The notes under the pieces were generated by a model. That model was not told where the DNA came from and ran no database searches. It saw only the letters and a program-made list of their open reading frames with translations. The position numbers and the translations under genes were made by a program. From the NCBI GenBank assembly GCA_050273025.1, contig CP158636.1, positions 8,928,001 to 8,992,000 on the forward strand: 64,000 nucleotides of DNA. Direction: 5' to 3'. This document shows positions 41,801-55,084 of this stretch, in pieces. The stretch comes from Cenococcum geophilum (lineage: Eukaryota). Every line of letters begins with the position of its first letter. The stretch's first letter is position 1.

Positions 41801-44800
41801 AGATTAGCCTTTTTTTTAGAGTTACTCTAGTATTAGAACATTAATCACGTAACGTAGTCATGGGACTATAAAGTAAGACTAACTGTCTAACCTTAGAGTA
41901 ACCCCTTTCTTCTAGACAACAATTAACTACCAACTTTAACACCGCACACGTACCACTATAAGTGATATTCGTGCACGTTAATAAAGAGAGTTATACCGAC
42001 AATTATATTATACTACGTATAATACTACGCATGCAACCTCTAGGCTATAGCGCTATAACTCTATATATATAAATCCTTCTTAGGCAGCTTAATATATACT
42101 AGTAACTATATCCTAGTAGTTTATAGCTACTTAGTAAAAATACCAGGTTACTAATAACTATTAGGTAATAAGAAATCCTAACGCCTGCCCCTATCCTTTT
42201 ATAAATTATTTCTATCCTTTTACTCCCTATTATCTATCTACTAAGAGCCTAGTAGGAGTTACCTCCTTCTAAAGATCTTACTGCTATTAGCCACTTTCTA
42301 GTAGCTATTTCTGTCCTATCTAAGAATAGAAAAAGAGCTTCTCTTCCTTTCTTTATGCAAAATAACTTCTTTAGAGAGAGAGAAGAGCCTAGTTGCCTTT
42401 ATATATTCTTTCTCTCTTCTTTATATAGGCTGCAGTCTAGTAGTAAGTGCTTAGGGGTTTATACAGCAGTATATTCTCTAAAGCATCTACCTTCTTTATT
42501 CTTTCCTATTGTTCTAGAGAAGGATTTAAAGAAACCCTTTCCTAGTTTTAGCTAGAAGAAAGCTAATTATAGCTTTTTAGGATATCTATCCTTAGGTGCT
42601 TTAAGAGAAAAGAAATAGCTTCCTTTACAGATCCTAGTATAGTGTTTTCCTTTATTCTTATTCTGTTGCTAATTGTTTTTCCACTATTTTAGTATCTTTT
42701 CTCTTACTACTCTCCCTATATAGGATAAAGAAGTATAAAAAGACTTTATTTTTCTTCTAGAGAGACCCTTTTTAACTAGTTTATCTACTATTTCGTTTTT
42801 ATAAATTCCTAAGTGGCTAGGAACCCAATAGAAGTTAATAAAGATACCTTTACTAGCTAAATAGGAGCAGCTTTGCGTAATTTTAAAGACTAGTTCTTGC
42901 CCTCCTGTAAGAGAATTTAGTTATAATCTTTTAATAGCCGCCTGGCTATTTATAAAGATATAAACCTTTTTCTCTTCTAGTCTTTATTGCTTTAGGTGTT
43001 CTAGGGCCCTATAGACTGCGTAGAGCTTTACGTCTATAATTTCCATATAGGGTCCTAGGTTCTAATTTGTTGCATATTTAATCCTATTTCTCTCTCCTAT
43101 TTTATATACGGCTGCCGCACTTAATTTACTATCTTTAGAGCTATCTATATAGTATATATCTATTAAATCCCACTTTAGGGAATCTTGTAGATTTTTACTA
43201 GTCTTAGATGTTCTTATGCAGCTTCTTCCTTACTACCTCTTAAGATAGAAAAGAATGCAGAAATAGGAAGAGACCACGGTTTTTGCTAGTTTAGAGAGAT
43301 TCTCTCTATTTTCCAGTTTTGAATTAGCCGCTAAACTCTAGAAGTTAGAGATAGTAGCTATGTTTTTAGCTGTAAGAGGTACTTTATAGTAGAGTTTTTA
43401 GGGCTAGAATTAGAGCTTAAGCTAGCTGCTAGTTCGTCCTTGTCTTTATTAATCTCTTTTTATAAACCTTCTTAATTACGTGGTTTTCCTTAAATTTTAG
43501 GATTCTTAGTACGTAGCTATTGCAAAGCTTTTTAAATCTAATTCTAGGAGGAGGAATGGAAGCTTCAATATCTATAGCCTAGCTAGGAGATCCTCTAAAC
43601 GCTCCTAAAACTAGTTTTAGGGCCTTATTTTATAGAGCTTGGTACCTAGCTAGTAGGTAGTCTCTAGATTTACTTTTCCACTAGCATTGTATTTTATAGT
43701 CTGCTATAGTAGTAATATAAGCTATATAGAGCTGCCGTAGGGCTTATAGGGATAGACCTCTTTATATATTTCCTAGTCTTCTAATTAAATAGAAGGCCTC
43801 TTTTGCCTTAGAGATTCTTATTTCTACATATTGTTTAAAAGTAAGCTTAGAGTCTAGAAATACCCCTAGCTACCTAACTAGGGGTTTAGGGGATATTTCC
43901 ACGTCTCCTAGCTTTAGCCCTTCTTTTATAGTAGTACATTTACTATAGAAGTGTATAAGCTCTGTCTTGCTAATATTAAAGCTAATAGCCGCTTCCTTAG
44001 CTCTAGATATTAACTCTAGCGCTATTCCCATTAGCTTTTTGCAATTAGATTTAGCCGAATTAAAAGTAACCGTAATTGCAAAATTGTCTATATAGCTAAG
44101 GGAATAGGCTCCTTCTATCTCTAGCCTGCAGATATTACGTATATATAGTAGGAATAAAATAGGGGATATAGGTAAACCTTATAGTATCCCTATTTCCATT
44201 CCTACTCCCTCTTACACTTACCCATTAAAGGAAAGCTGCAGCTTTCTATTGTAAATAAAGGTAGCTACCTATTATATAAACACTATAGGTAGTCCTAGTT
44301 CCTTATAGACCAATTAAAGTTAGTTTGCAGAAACATGGTTAAAGGCCCCTTTTATATCTAGAAATAATGTAATAGCTATCCTTTATCTGGCTTTTTTCCT
44401 ATTATTTTTTAATTGGATATTATTTAGGAGTAGTAAAACTGCGTTAATTGCGGACCGCTGTCTTCTTCCTCCTAGTTGTGTCTTTTATAGTAGGCTAGTA
44501 GTACTAGCTAGATATCCTAATCTAGTAATAAAGATCTTCTCTAGAGTCTTTCCTAGGCAGTTTAATAAGGAGATAATTCTATATAACTTTAGTAGAGAAT
44601 AGTCCTCCTTATTTGCTTTAGGGAGAATAACTCCTTAAGCTTCTCTCTAGACTTTTAGTTAATAGCCTAGGGTAAATAGGATCCTATAGATTCTATATAG
44701 AAGATCTTCTATAATAGGGTAGGCCTTTTACAAAATTGTAAAGAATAGCTTATCTAGCCCTAGGGCTTTTTTACTAGAGCTAGAGAAGATTGCTTATTTA

Positions 44801-46140
44801 ACTTCTATTTTCTCTAGTTCTGGATATTCCCATTTACTATCTATAGTATAGTCCTTTCACTCCATAAGGCTAGTAGAAGGGGGTTTAGGGAATAAAGTAG
44901 TTAAAAAAGCTTTATACTAATCTTTAAAGCTCTCTACTAATCTAGTAGTCCTATCCTTACTATACTATAGACGAGGGATTATTTGCAGCGTTTTCTCCTT
45001 TATATATTTTAGGGTAGTAAAGACCTCTTTTCCTTGCGCTTTTTCTAGGAAACTATTCCAGCAGCTAGTTTTAGCTTCTCTTATTACACAGAAGTATTGA
45101 TTTTTAGCTTCTTTATAGGCTTCTAGTTTAGAGCTTCTAGTAGGTTGTTCTTCTTAAAGCCTTCCTAGTTTTACCATTTTTTTTCTTTTCTATAGAAGCT
45201 CTTTATTCCACTATAGTTTAGAGAATTCGCAGGTTCTAGATTTAGGGATAGCTTTCTTAGCTACTAGCTTTATATAACTAGTAAGATCTACTACTAGGTT
45301 ATCTACTTATATACTTAAGCTCCTATCCCTATTTCTATATAATTCCTCTAGAGAAGCTAGGGGGCCTTTTTCTCTTATCTCTATATAGGGGTTTTCTCCT
45401 ACTAGTTCTTCTAGGGCTAGAACCTTTACTTCTAGTTCTAGTTCCTAAACTAGCTCTACTAACGAAGTAAAAAAGAGCTCCTAATTTGCCTTTTTTATAT
45501 AGAAAGAGGTATCTTAAAGGGGGTTTAGGTATCTTTACGCCTCTCTAGTAAATAGGGAGAAGGCTATATTTTTATGGTCTGATCTTATTTCTTCTATTAT
45601 AGTTTAATTGTCCTAGGTATTTTCTTAGAAGTTTCCTAAGTAAAAGGCTAAGTCTATAATAGACTTTTCCCTTATATTAGATCTATAAAACGTCCCTTTT
45701 TGTTTATCTGAATTTAGTAGTTAGCAGTTGTGTTTGTTTAGCCAGTCTACTAGTTCTTTAGCTTCCCTAATTAGATTTCTAGCTAGTGCGTTCCACCTTA
45801 TATGGTGTAAGTTATAGTCTCCTATTAGTGCGAAGGGGAGGTCTAGTTCTCGTTCTAAAATGGCCCTAAAAATAGTAGACGTACTATTTCTTTAGGTTTT
45901 AGAGTTCTCGTCTAGCTGTCTTTTATTATAGATATTAAACAGTAAAAATCTTTTAAATTGGCTATAGATTTCTAATGCTATAATATCTATATCTTTGCAG
46001 ATATCCTCCCTATTTCTATATTATAAAAAGCTAAAGCTAGTCTTTCTTATATAGATAGCTACTCTAGGGCGAATAGCTAAATTGCTAGGGAGGATAAGGT
46101 TAAATGCAGGGTGCGGACAGGTAGTTATATAGTAGAGTTC
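35811..46140 (-). mobile_element. 5'-truncated Tad-like LINE (APE, RT, RNase H, poly(A)), split by the Copia
   Basis: T-tract 35811-35829; RPRVAIY, GDYNLHH..W, RSDH, YRIISLLNCLGK, FLDIKGAF, G.PQG-like, SYIDN (YVDD), WVPSH; 3' UTR matches 57480-57809 inverted. Confidence 0.9.
35841..42001 (+). mobile_element. Copia LTR retrotransposon, probably fungal GalEa clade
   Basis: 171-bp LTRs 35841-36011 and 41831-42001; TSD attgt/attat; order PR-IN-RT-RH; KCYVCKKEDC, IDTGAS, KSRLV, QTDDTL-like, FTDAS-like; CTAATTAGT right after the 5' LTR where, as I recall, GalEa elements carry a conserved hairpin site instead of a PBS. Confidence 0.92.
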
Positions 46141-46305
46141 AACATGCCTGCTTATCCAGGCCTCTACCTTAGTTTTTGGGTAGCTCTCCCTTACTAAGCC
46201 TAAGGGCCCGGGGCTTTCTATAAGCAGTTAGCTGCCACCACTAATAGTATAGGGAGTTTCACTAGTTCTCTTGGGTATCTTATAATAGGTTATTAGCCTA
46301 AGTAC
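46141..46305 (-). other. Probable rDNA 5'ETS fragment (3' part) fused to the LINE 5' end
   Basis: Non-LINE sequence, continuous with 54310 across the D' TSD; minus-strand TAAGGTAGA..GCAGGCATG and TATTAGTGGTGGCAGCTAA resemble ascomycete ETS blocks recalled from memory. Confidence 0.5.
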
Positions 46306-49300
46306 TATAACGAAGCCTTGTAGTAGGAACTACAGTAAACTCGTTAATAGGCTAGGTATATAGGTATCGAATAAAGTCAACAACGTAATAACAACTAGTG
46401 GAGTGGTTGCCTAACAGATTAACTCTAATTGTATTCTAAGAATCACTACAAGGAAGGAACTATCTAGGTAGGGACTAAGGGTCCTTAAATACACAACCGT
46501 ACTCCTATAAAATCCTTCTTATATATAATATACGTATTGTATATAAGGTACGTAAGTTCCTTTTATTTCTCTTGTTTAATATGTAGCACATTATATAACC
46601 TTAGTTACTATTCCTCGTTATATAGTTCCACGGGTTCCATCCTAGACTGTACTTATATTAACTAACTAGCTTCTTTTAACTCCTCTCTAAGTAGTTATAA
46701 TATTATACTTAAAGCGTCTATAACACTATCTCCCTCCTCTTTATCTTCGTCCTTAAAGATACCTAATATCTCTAAGTTATTTACTAAAGGTGTAATGTCT
46801 ATCTAATTAATTTAGTTAATATCGTTACTTATAATGCCTAAAGCACCTTCTTCTTTACACGCGCAACGTTATGCCTGCACTATTGCTATAATACTATCGC
46901 TTAGTAAAATAATGCTATCTCCGTGTTCTTGTTATATAAAAGAGGGGTTAGTCTATATTACGTTAGCGAGTCCTTTATCTTAGCAACCCTCTTCTTATTT
47001 AGAGTGCACTAAAGTAAACATTTAATTATCCTGCGATATTTGCTCTACTTTTAACGCTAAGTATACGTATCCTATAACTCTTAATAGTCTCTAAGTTCCC
47101 TAAGTAATTTATTATAGGGTTTTGTGTTTAATTTGCTGCTATAAAGCTTAATAGTAATTTAGCGTAGGCTCTTATAAAGCTTAAGCGTTCTTGGGATACG
47201 GAACAAAAGGCCCTAAATGCTCGTATTACGGCATCTACCCGTTTACTTTGTCTTAAGAAAGTTCGTAAAAAGGTCCGTTTTAAGGAGTAGAAGCTTATAG
47301 AATAAGGTTTGTAGGAACTTAGTAATAAAAGAACGGATTCTCTTCTAATAGAGAAGGAAACAACTCTAAGTAATTCGGCAGTTGCTCTTTCTAGGTCCCC
47401 CTTAGGTGACTCGTTCTTTAGCAATTTCTCTTTATTAATATTACCTAACCTTTTCTTTTCTAATACTCCTATACCTTTTCTATAGCGTTCTTTAGGTTCT
47501 TTAGTAGCTCCTAGGTAGTTTTATTATAACCTATCCACTTTACTTTATACTATATTTTATCGTCTATATCCTCGTAACTAATAATCTTTAAAACTTACCA
47601 TTTGTCTTCCTCTTATCCTCTATACGCGTCTACCTTATAGACCGGTAGCTTAACATTTCTATATACTGGCTCTAGTATTACAATATACTATATAGGGTAG
47701 ATCTTTATTTTAGCTAGTAGGTTTAACTTAAATATAACTAATAAAATTTTCTATATAATTTTAAAAGGTCCTAGTCTAACATAGTCCAACTTCTTACTTA
47801 GTTATTAACTCTTGAAATTTTTGTATAGTAGCTATACTTTATCTCCCTCCTTAAGATCTAGTCCCTCAGATCTCTTAGCATCGTAGTACTTTTTTATTCT
47901 TTGCTATACCACCTTAGCTGTTTCTATAAGGTCTGCATAAAGATTTATTAAACTCTTTATTCTTTACTTAGCTATACTACTTATCTTCTTTACTTAACGT
48001 GGTAATAATAAGGTCCTTAGCTTATATCCGTAATTCGCCTTAAATAGTAACGTGCCCATTCCTTCTTATAGTATTGCATTATATATAAACTATATAACTA
48101 GTAATAGCAATACCTAATTATTCTATGCATAGTTAATATAATGCCTTAAATACTACTCTAGCGTCTAATTTAATCTTTCTGTTTGGCCGTCTGTCTATAG
48201 ATAATATGCGGTAGAAGTTACTGCTTAAACTCCTTACTCTACTAAGAACACTTCCTAGAATACTACTACGAATCTTAAATCTCTATCCAATATAATCTTA
48301 TTTAGTGCTCTATATCTTATAAACACTTCTTTAATATAGATTCTAGCGACATCTTCTGCTAATATTTCTTCTGTATATACTATAAAGTACCCCCACTTTA
48401 TAAGCTTGTCTATTATTACTAAGATTACGTTATAATCTTATCCGTAATAGGGTCTCTTAACTTTAGTAACTTAATAATAAAGTCCTATAATATAACCTCC
48501 TATAGTCTTTCTAGTATTTTAACAGGTTATAGCTCTCTATATAGCTTATGCCTTATTAGTTTATTTCTTTAGCAATCTAAATATTTTTTTATAACTTGCC
48601 TAGCTAGTTTCTAAATTCTATTAATAATATACTCCTCTTAAAGTCTTAACACTAAGCCTATAACTCTATTATATCCTTAAGTTAGTCCTTTATAAAATGT
48701 TTTAACAAACTCCTTTACAATAAATCTTGGCACGTATATTGCTTCTTAATTTTTATACTGCTCTAAGTTTGGATTCTTTACCTATATATCTTAGATCTTT
48801 TATACCTAATTACTCTTTAGTAATTCGTGGATCTTTTCTTCTTATATTACTGCGATCTTCGGATAATTGTATTTAATTAATTTATCTATATCTTTCCGCA
48901 ATAAAGCCCCTAATGGCTTTTTATCACTTTATAGTTTAGCCTTTCTGCTTAGAGCATCCGCTCGTGCATTCTCTGTACCCTTAGTATACTAAATCTTAAA
49001 ATAGTATTCTGTAAGCATCTCTGCCTATCTAACCTATCTATAATTAAGTTCTTTCGTTATTAGGAACCCCGTTAGGTTCTTATAATCCATCTTAACTATA
49101 AATAGTTTTTCTGTACCTTATAAGAATAATTTCTATTCCCTTAATATTATAACTATACCTAATAACTCCTTATTATAGATGTTATAGTTTAGTTCTAGTA
49201 GTATTATCTTCCGACTATAATATGCCACTAGGTGCTATTTATCTTAATATTTCTATAGAAAGCACGCTCCTAGTATATAGTCTAATGCATACGTTTTAAC

Positions 49301-52300
49301 CACTATCTCTAACTATAGTTAATAGATTTTAAGAACTGGCTCCTAGGTAAATAACTGCTTAATCTTCTTAAACAGTTCCTTTTATTCCTCTCCCTATGCC
49401 TATAGTTCTTCTTTCTTTATTAATTTTATAAGTGGCTTAATATTCTTTAACTATTAAGCTATAAACCTCCTATAGTAATTGCAGAACCCTAGAAATAACC
49501 TTAACTATATTACGTTTTCTAGTTCTTGCTAATTTACTATAGCCTCGATTTTCTTTAGATCTATACTAAGTTAGCCTAGTTTAATAATAAATTTAACAAA
49601 ATCCATCTTCCTAGTAAAGAACTCGCATTTCTTAATTGCTACTAGCATCTATATTTCCTATAGTCTTTTTAAGACCTATTTAACGTATTCTCTATATTCT
49701 TCCTTACTTATTAAGTAGTTAATAATATTATTAAAATATGCTATAATAAATTCATCTAAGTATTCTCTTAATATATTATTAATACGCTTCTAAAACGTTG
49801 CTAGTACATTTATAAGCCCGAATTATATAACTAGTGGTTTATATAGTCCTTCCTTTAACCTAAAGGCTGCCTTCTATTTATTACCTTCCTTAATTCTAAT
49901 CTAATAGTACGCCTATCTTAGATCTATTTTTATAAAGATTTACGCGTTACTAATCCTATCTTAGATTTCGCTAATTAAGGGTAAAGGATACCTATCCTTT
50001 TTAGTAATGCTGTTTAACTATTTATAGTTAATACATAGCCTAAGTTTTCTATTCTTCTTTAGTACAAACAGTACTAGATATCCCGCTAATAACTGTAATG
50101 GTCTAATATATCCCTTTTAAAGATTTTCCTAGATAAACTCCTTAAGTGCTTATAACTCTTTTTCTATTAACTTATAAGTTAGGTAGAACCTTAGACTTAT
50201 TCCTAGTTCTAGCTCTATTTTATAGTCCCATACTATATAATCTAATAGCTTTTTACTTTCTAGTAACCATAGCTTCTTACTATACTTATAGTATCTTTTT
50301 AGTATATAGCTTAATCCTTAATTAGTTTCCTTATATATCGCTCTAACTTAGTACTATACCAACTTAGTTTATTATCGTATTTTACGTCATTATATATCCC
50401 TAATATTAACCTAACCTATAACCTAATCGATCTTTAGATTATATTTTTATAACTAAGGTATTCCTAATACTGCCTTATTATTCCCTAATAGTAATATATT
50501 AAAAGACATCTTAATTTATCTTCCTTTAATGGTTATCTAAATTAGTTCTATTTTAAAATTAATAATGCCTCCTCTATAGGCTATTAGATCTCCTAAAATT
50601 GTCACTAATAGATAAGGGTGCTCTTTTTATCTATATAGTAGCCCCATCCTTTTAACTACTATTAATAAGATATAGTTCCTTATTACTCTACTATCTATTA
50701 ATACTTTAAACTATTAATCTTGCCATTTAATTCTTAAATTTAGGTATTATCCTTAAATTCCTTTAAGGGTCTAAGGCTCTACCACTGGCTCCCTCTAGTC
50801 CTATAGGCCTCTACTTTTTCTAACTATTAGCTACTAGATCCTATTATACTTAGCTTACTCTTTAGCTAATACCTAGTTCGCTTTTTATCTTTAATATACT
50901 ATAAATAGGTATTCTTTAGACATTCCTACTATTGTTATCTATCTAAGCATTCTTCCGTAAGGAATCTTCCTAGTTAAAGTATTAAATTTCCTTCCTCTTA
51001 AACTTCTGCTAGATGCCAGCCGTGCATATACTTGGCATTCCTATACTATTATTTATTTGTTATCTAGTACATTCTTATAGGGTATTTCCAGTTCTTTTCC
51101 TTCGGATTTTTATGTATTTTGTATATATTATCTATACATACAATCCATGATAGCGTATAATGTGCTAGGTGCTTTAGGTTAACTCTTAACTTATCTTTAT
51201 CCTTAAGTTTAAACCTCTATTATGCTAATCTAAACGTTATAACTTTATTTATAGGTATTAAGATGCGTCTCTCGCTTCTCTAATCCTTTAATTATTCCTC
51301 TAGATCCTTTAATATTATAATTAAGGTTCCCTTAATATAATTTATTGCTTTTCCATAATTAGGTAGTCTTAGATAACTTTTTTGTCTAACTATATATAGA
51401 AATCTTCCTACTTATTATTATGTCGTTACCTATACCACTTTTAGTATAGCTGTTAGAGTATATACGGTCTATTTATAAGGAAGTATCTTCTTATTACTAT
51501 ATCGTAATAGCCTTTTATATATCGTTCCTTAAACCTAATAAAAATCCCTAGATCCTCTTCTTGTTCCAATTTAGTAAGCTACTTAGCTCTTAGTGTGCCT
51601 GCTCTCGGCCTATTAATGATTCTTTATACTAGCGCTCTGTTCTTTATACGTCCTAATATACTAAATCTCTTATCTAGTTTCTGTTCTTGCTATAAGGTAA
51701 TTCTTACTCTAAATTCCTCTATGGTTTCCTTTATATTGCGTCTTATAAGTAGATTCTTAAAGTCTCTTTACTTCTTAATTTTAGTATTAAACTCTTAATC
51801 TTTAGTCTAAACCTCTTATTTAACTAGTAAGTCTTCTAGGTCTATATATCTGTCCCCTAGTCTAACTGCTGTTTATATTACAGATTCTCTAATCTATAAA
51901 GAAGCCCCTTGCCTCTTGCTTATAGGTGTCCTAATTTTTACTCCGAATTCTTAATCCCTTAGATTCTTTAATCCTAAACTTGCTTCTTTCTTAAGCTGCG
52001 CTCCAGCCTTAGTCTAACTAGGCTTTACTGGTGTTCTTATCTCGTCTTAAGAGTCTTAAATCTTACTTATCTTATCTTAAGAATCTCATGCCGTTAGGAA
52101 CACTTATTCTAAGCTTATTTATATATTCTTAAACTAAGCTACTGCTTTACTCTATTGGTTATTGTCCGTTATAGGTCTCTAAGTATACCTCATCTTATCT
52201 TAAGAATCTTAGTTATCTCTTATCTCGTCTTAAGAATCTTAAGCCTTTGGCCTTTTGCCTTTATTAAGTAGTAAGCTAGCACTAGCAGTTATCTGCTTGC

Positions 52301-54309
52301 TTAATCGTCTCTAGATATTACTCCTTCCGTCTTATAAAGTAATAGATACCGTATCCAACGGTATTATAATGCCCGTTACTAAACCTTGCTCTATAGCGGT
52401 CTCAGTCTTTATTTCTATTACGTTATCAAGGTTTAAATACCCCTAGTTAGTTCCTTTACTATCCTTATTATTGTTAATTAATAAGTACTCTAACTCTATT
52501 GTTATTATTACTAATTATTATCTATACGTTACTGTAATATCTTAATCCAGCTTATAGAGTTAATCTTATTCTTTATCTAACTCTTTAGTTCCCTTAAGTC
52601 CTTTTAACTCTAGCTCTTATAGCCAATAGCTTACGCTCTACTTAGCGTCTTTATAAATTTGGTATCCGTTATTATAATAAAACGCAAAACTTCTAATTAA
52701 ACATTCTTTTATTCCTCGTAGTATACTATTATCCCTCTATATATATATATCACATACTATTAGTCTAGTTCCCTTTACTACGTAATAATTTTAACTACTT
52801 TTATAGTCTCTAGTAAAATAATCCTATTTTCCGCAATTTATATAAGCTCTGTCTTTAAACCATTGCTTTTACTATAGAGTCCGCTTAAACGTCTTTTGCT
52901 GTTAAGATCCTTGGTTTAACCTATACTCCTTAGTCCTATAATTACTTAATTCTTAACCTCTAGGTTTTTATAGTTTCTTACTCTATCTTTTATAGGTTTC
53001 TCTAGTACTACTTAGGTCTATTAGCTCTGCGCCATACTATAGTTTTTAATTTAGCTTTAGTTATTATATACTTTACGTCTTATATAACTATAGAACTCTA
53101 TCCTAGCCTTTCTTAGCCTATTCCCTTTAGAAGATCCTATTATTAATCTTAATCGCTTAATCTATTAATTCCCTTAGGGTGTCCACATCTTCTATTAGAA
53201 TAATTATATCCTAGACTTTAGCCTTAAGTCCCTATTTATACTATGCTATAAGCGCCTTATTATTTTACTTAAGTTATATAGCTAGCGTTTAGAACTGCGT
53301 TGTATATTTAATTGCTAAAGTTCGTTATATTAGGTCCTAAAGCTTTCTTTCTACTATAGTTATTGCTTTTAGGTTCCCGAACATTTATATAAGTCGTTCT
53401 ATAAATATATTCTAGCTTAAAAATATAAACAGTACTTCTTGGTTTATTATTATCATTCCATTTACTTATATCTCTATAAGGTAAGGCTTAAACTATTTAA
53501 GTGCTCTTCCTAATAAGAATAATCCTATATATGCTACTTAATTTATAGTTATTGCCAGCTTTACTCCTTCTTGCGTAACCTTAAAGTATATTTACGTAAG
53601 AAATCCTTTAAGCTTTAATCTTTCTCCTAAGAATCTTTTAATTGATGGTAACTTAACCTTTACTGCGCCTATCCCGTTAATCCTTTACTTAAGTGCTCTA
53701 GTGTTTTCTGTTAACTGGTTAACTATTTTTTATAATTGTTTTACCGTCACAGGTTATTGCGAGTTAGTGTCCGCTATACTAGTATTACCCCCTAACCTTA
53801 ACGTAGTTGCCACCGTCGATAGCATTATAGTGGCTGCTTTTAGTAGCATATTATTTAACTTATTAAAACCGTAACCGTGGTAGTAATTATATAACGGAGC
53901 CTTGTAGTAAGAACTACGGTAGACTCGTTAATAGGCTATATATATAGGTATTAAATAAAGTTAATAATATAATAATAACTGGTGGAGTGGTTGCCTAATA
54001 GATTAACTCTAATTGTATTCTAAGAATTACTACAAGGAAGAAACTATCTAGGTAGGGACTAAGGGTCCTTAAATACACAACCGTACTCCTATAAAATCCT
54101 TCTTATACGTAATATACGTGTTATACATAAGGTACGTAAGTTCCTCTCGTTCCTCTCGTTTAATACGTAGCACATCATGTGACCTTGGTTACCATTCCTC
54201 GTCACATAGTTCTACGGGTTCTATCCTAGACCGTGCTTATATTAACCAACTAGCTTCTTCCAACTTCTCTCCGAGTAGTTATAATATTATACTTAAAGCG
54301 TCCGTAATA
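46306..54309 (-). mobile_element. Gypsy D', full length, same family as D, inverted
   Basis: 420-bp LTRs 46306-46725 and 53890-54309; exact TSD AGTAC; colinear with the reverse complement of D. Confidence 0.95.
46834..47485 (+). pseudogene. Antisense accessory gene of Gypsy D' (exons 46834-47062, 47118-~47485)
   Basis: ATG 46834; Cys-rich exon 1; 55-nt putative intron (ATACGT from GTACGT ... TAG) joining T+GG = Trp into a heptad-rich frame. Confidence 0.7.
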
Positions 54310-55084
54310 AGTACTAGTCTGCCCCCCAGCAGTCTATATAAGAGTCTCCTCCTAGAGTTAGTACGCTTTTATACGGCTTAGGAGCCTTCCATAGCCTCTA
54401 GTTTTACGCCTCTTGTTATTGTTTCCGCCGGTATAGGCATAAGCTGCCATTTACAGGGGTCGCAACTCCCGTCTTACGCGCCTATTGACGTAATCCTATA
54501 AGGGCGTCGTAGCTGCATCCTGTAATGTGAAAGCCTTAGGTACCTTCTACGGTTAAGGCCCAGCTAAAAGCCTCCCCCGCCTAAGTAACTCCTATTTACT
54601 CCTTAAGCGTACCTCACTAGCATACTGCCCTAGTAAGCAGCCGTACTACCCTAGTAAGTAGCCGTACTGCCCTAGCGAGCAGTCCTATCTATTGGTATAC
54701 TAACACGCGCATCCGTTCTCTTAAGCCACGTAATAGTCTCTCTGGCTAGAACGTGATCCTACCTGCCTACTAGGTGCACTAGGGGTTAAAGCCTAGCTAA
54801 AGGGTAAAGTCCCTAGAGCCAGTAGTAGCTACTACACACTACGCCCCGCAGGAGGTTTTAATTCCCGTTTCGCGTTGCCTATAAGAGTCTCCTTATAATA
54901 GGCCGATTGTGTTTTACAGAATAGGTTATAAACTAGGTCCCGTGCTAGGTAACTTACCCTACCCTATTCTACTAACTAAGCTTATATCCCCTATTCCTAT
55001 AAGCTGGCCTATATCTTTAACCGTTAAGTCCTTATCTAACTGGTCTGTGTTTCCCCTATAGCCTCCCCTATATATATATGCATA
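54310..55084 (-). other. Probable rDNA 5'ETS up to a Pol I start-like TATATATAGGGGAGG
   Basis: GC-richer non-coding sequence; 21-bp x3 tandem at ~54623-54685; GGCTCTAGGGA..GCTAG block; identity is inference. Confidence 0.5.

Noticed and set aside
46100..46140. Possible 18S rRNA 5' end
   Set aside because: Reads as LINE APE coding sequence (TTCPHPAF); no 18S, 28S or 5S sequence recognised anywhere in the window.
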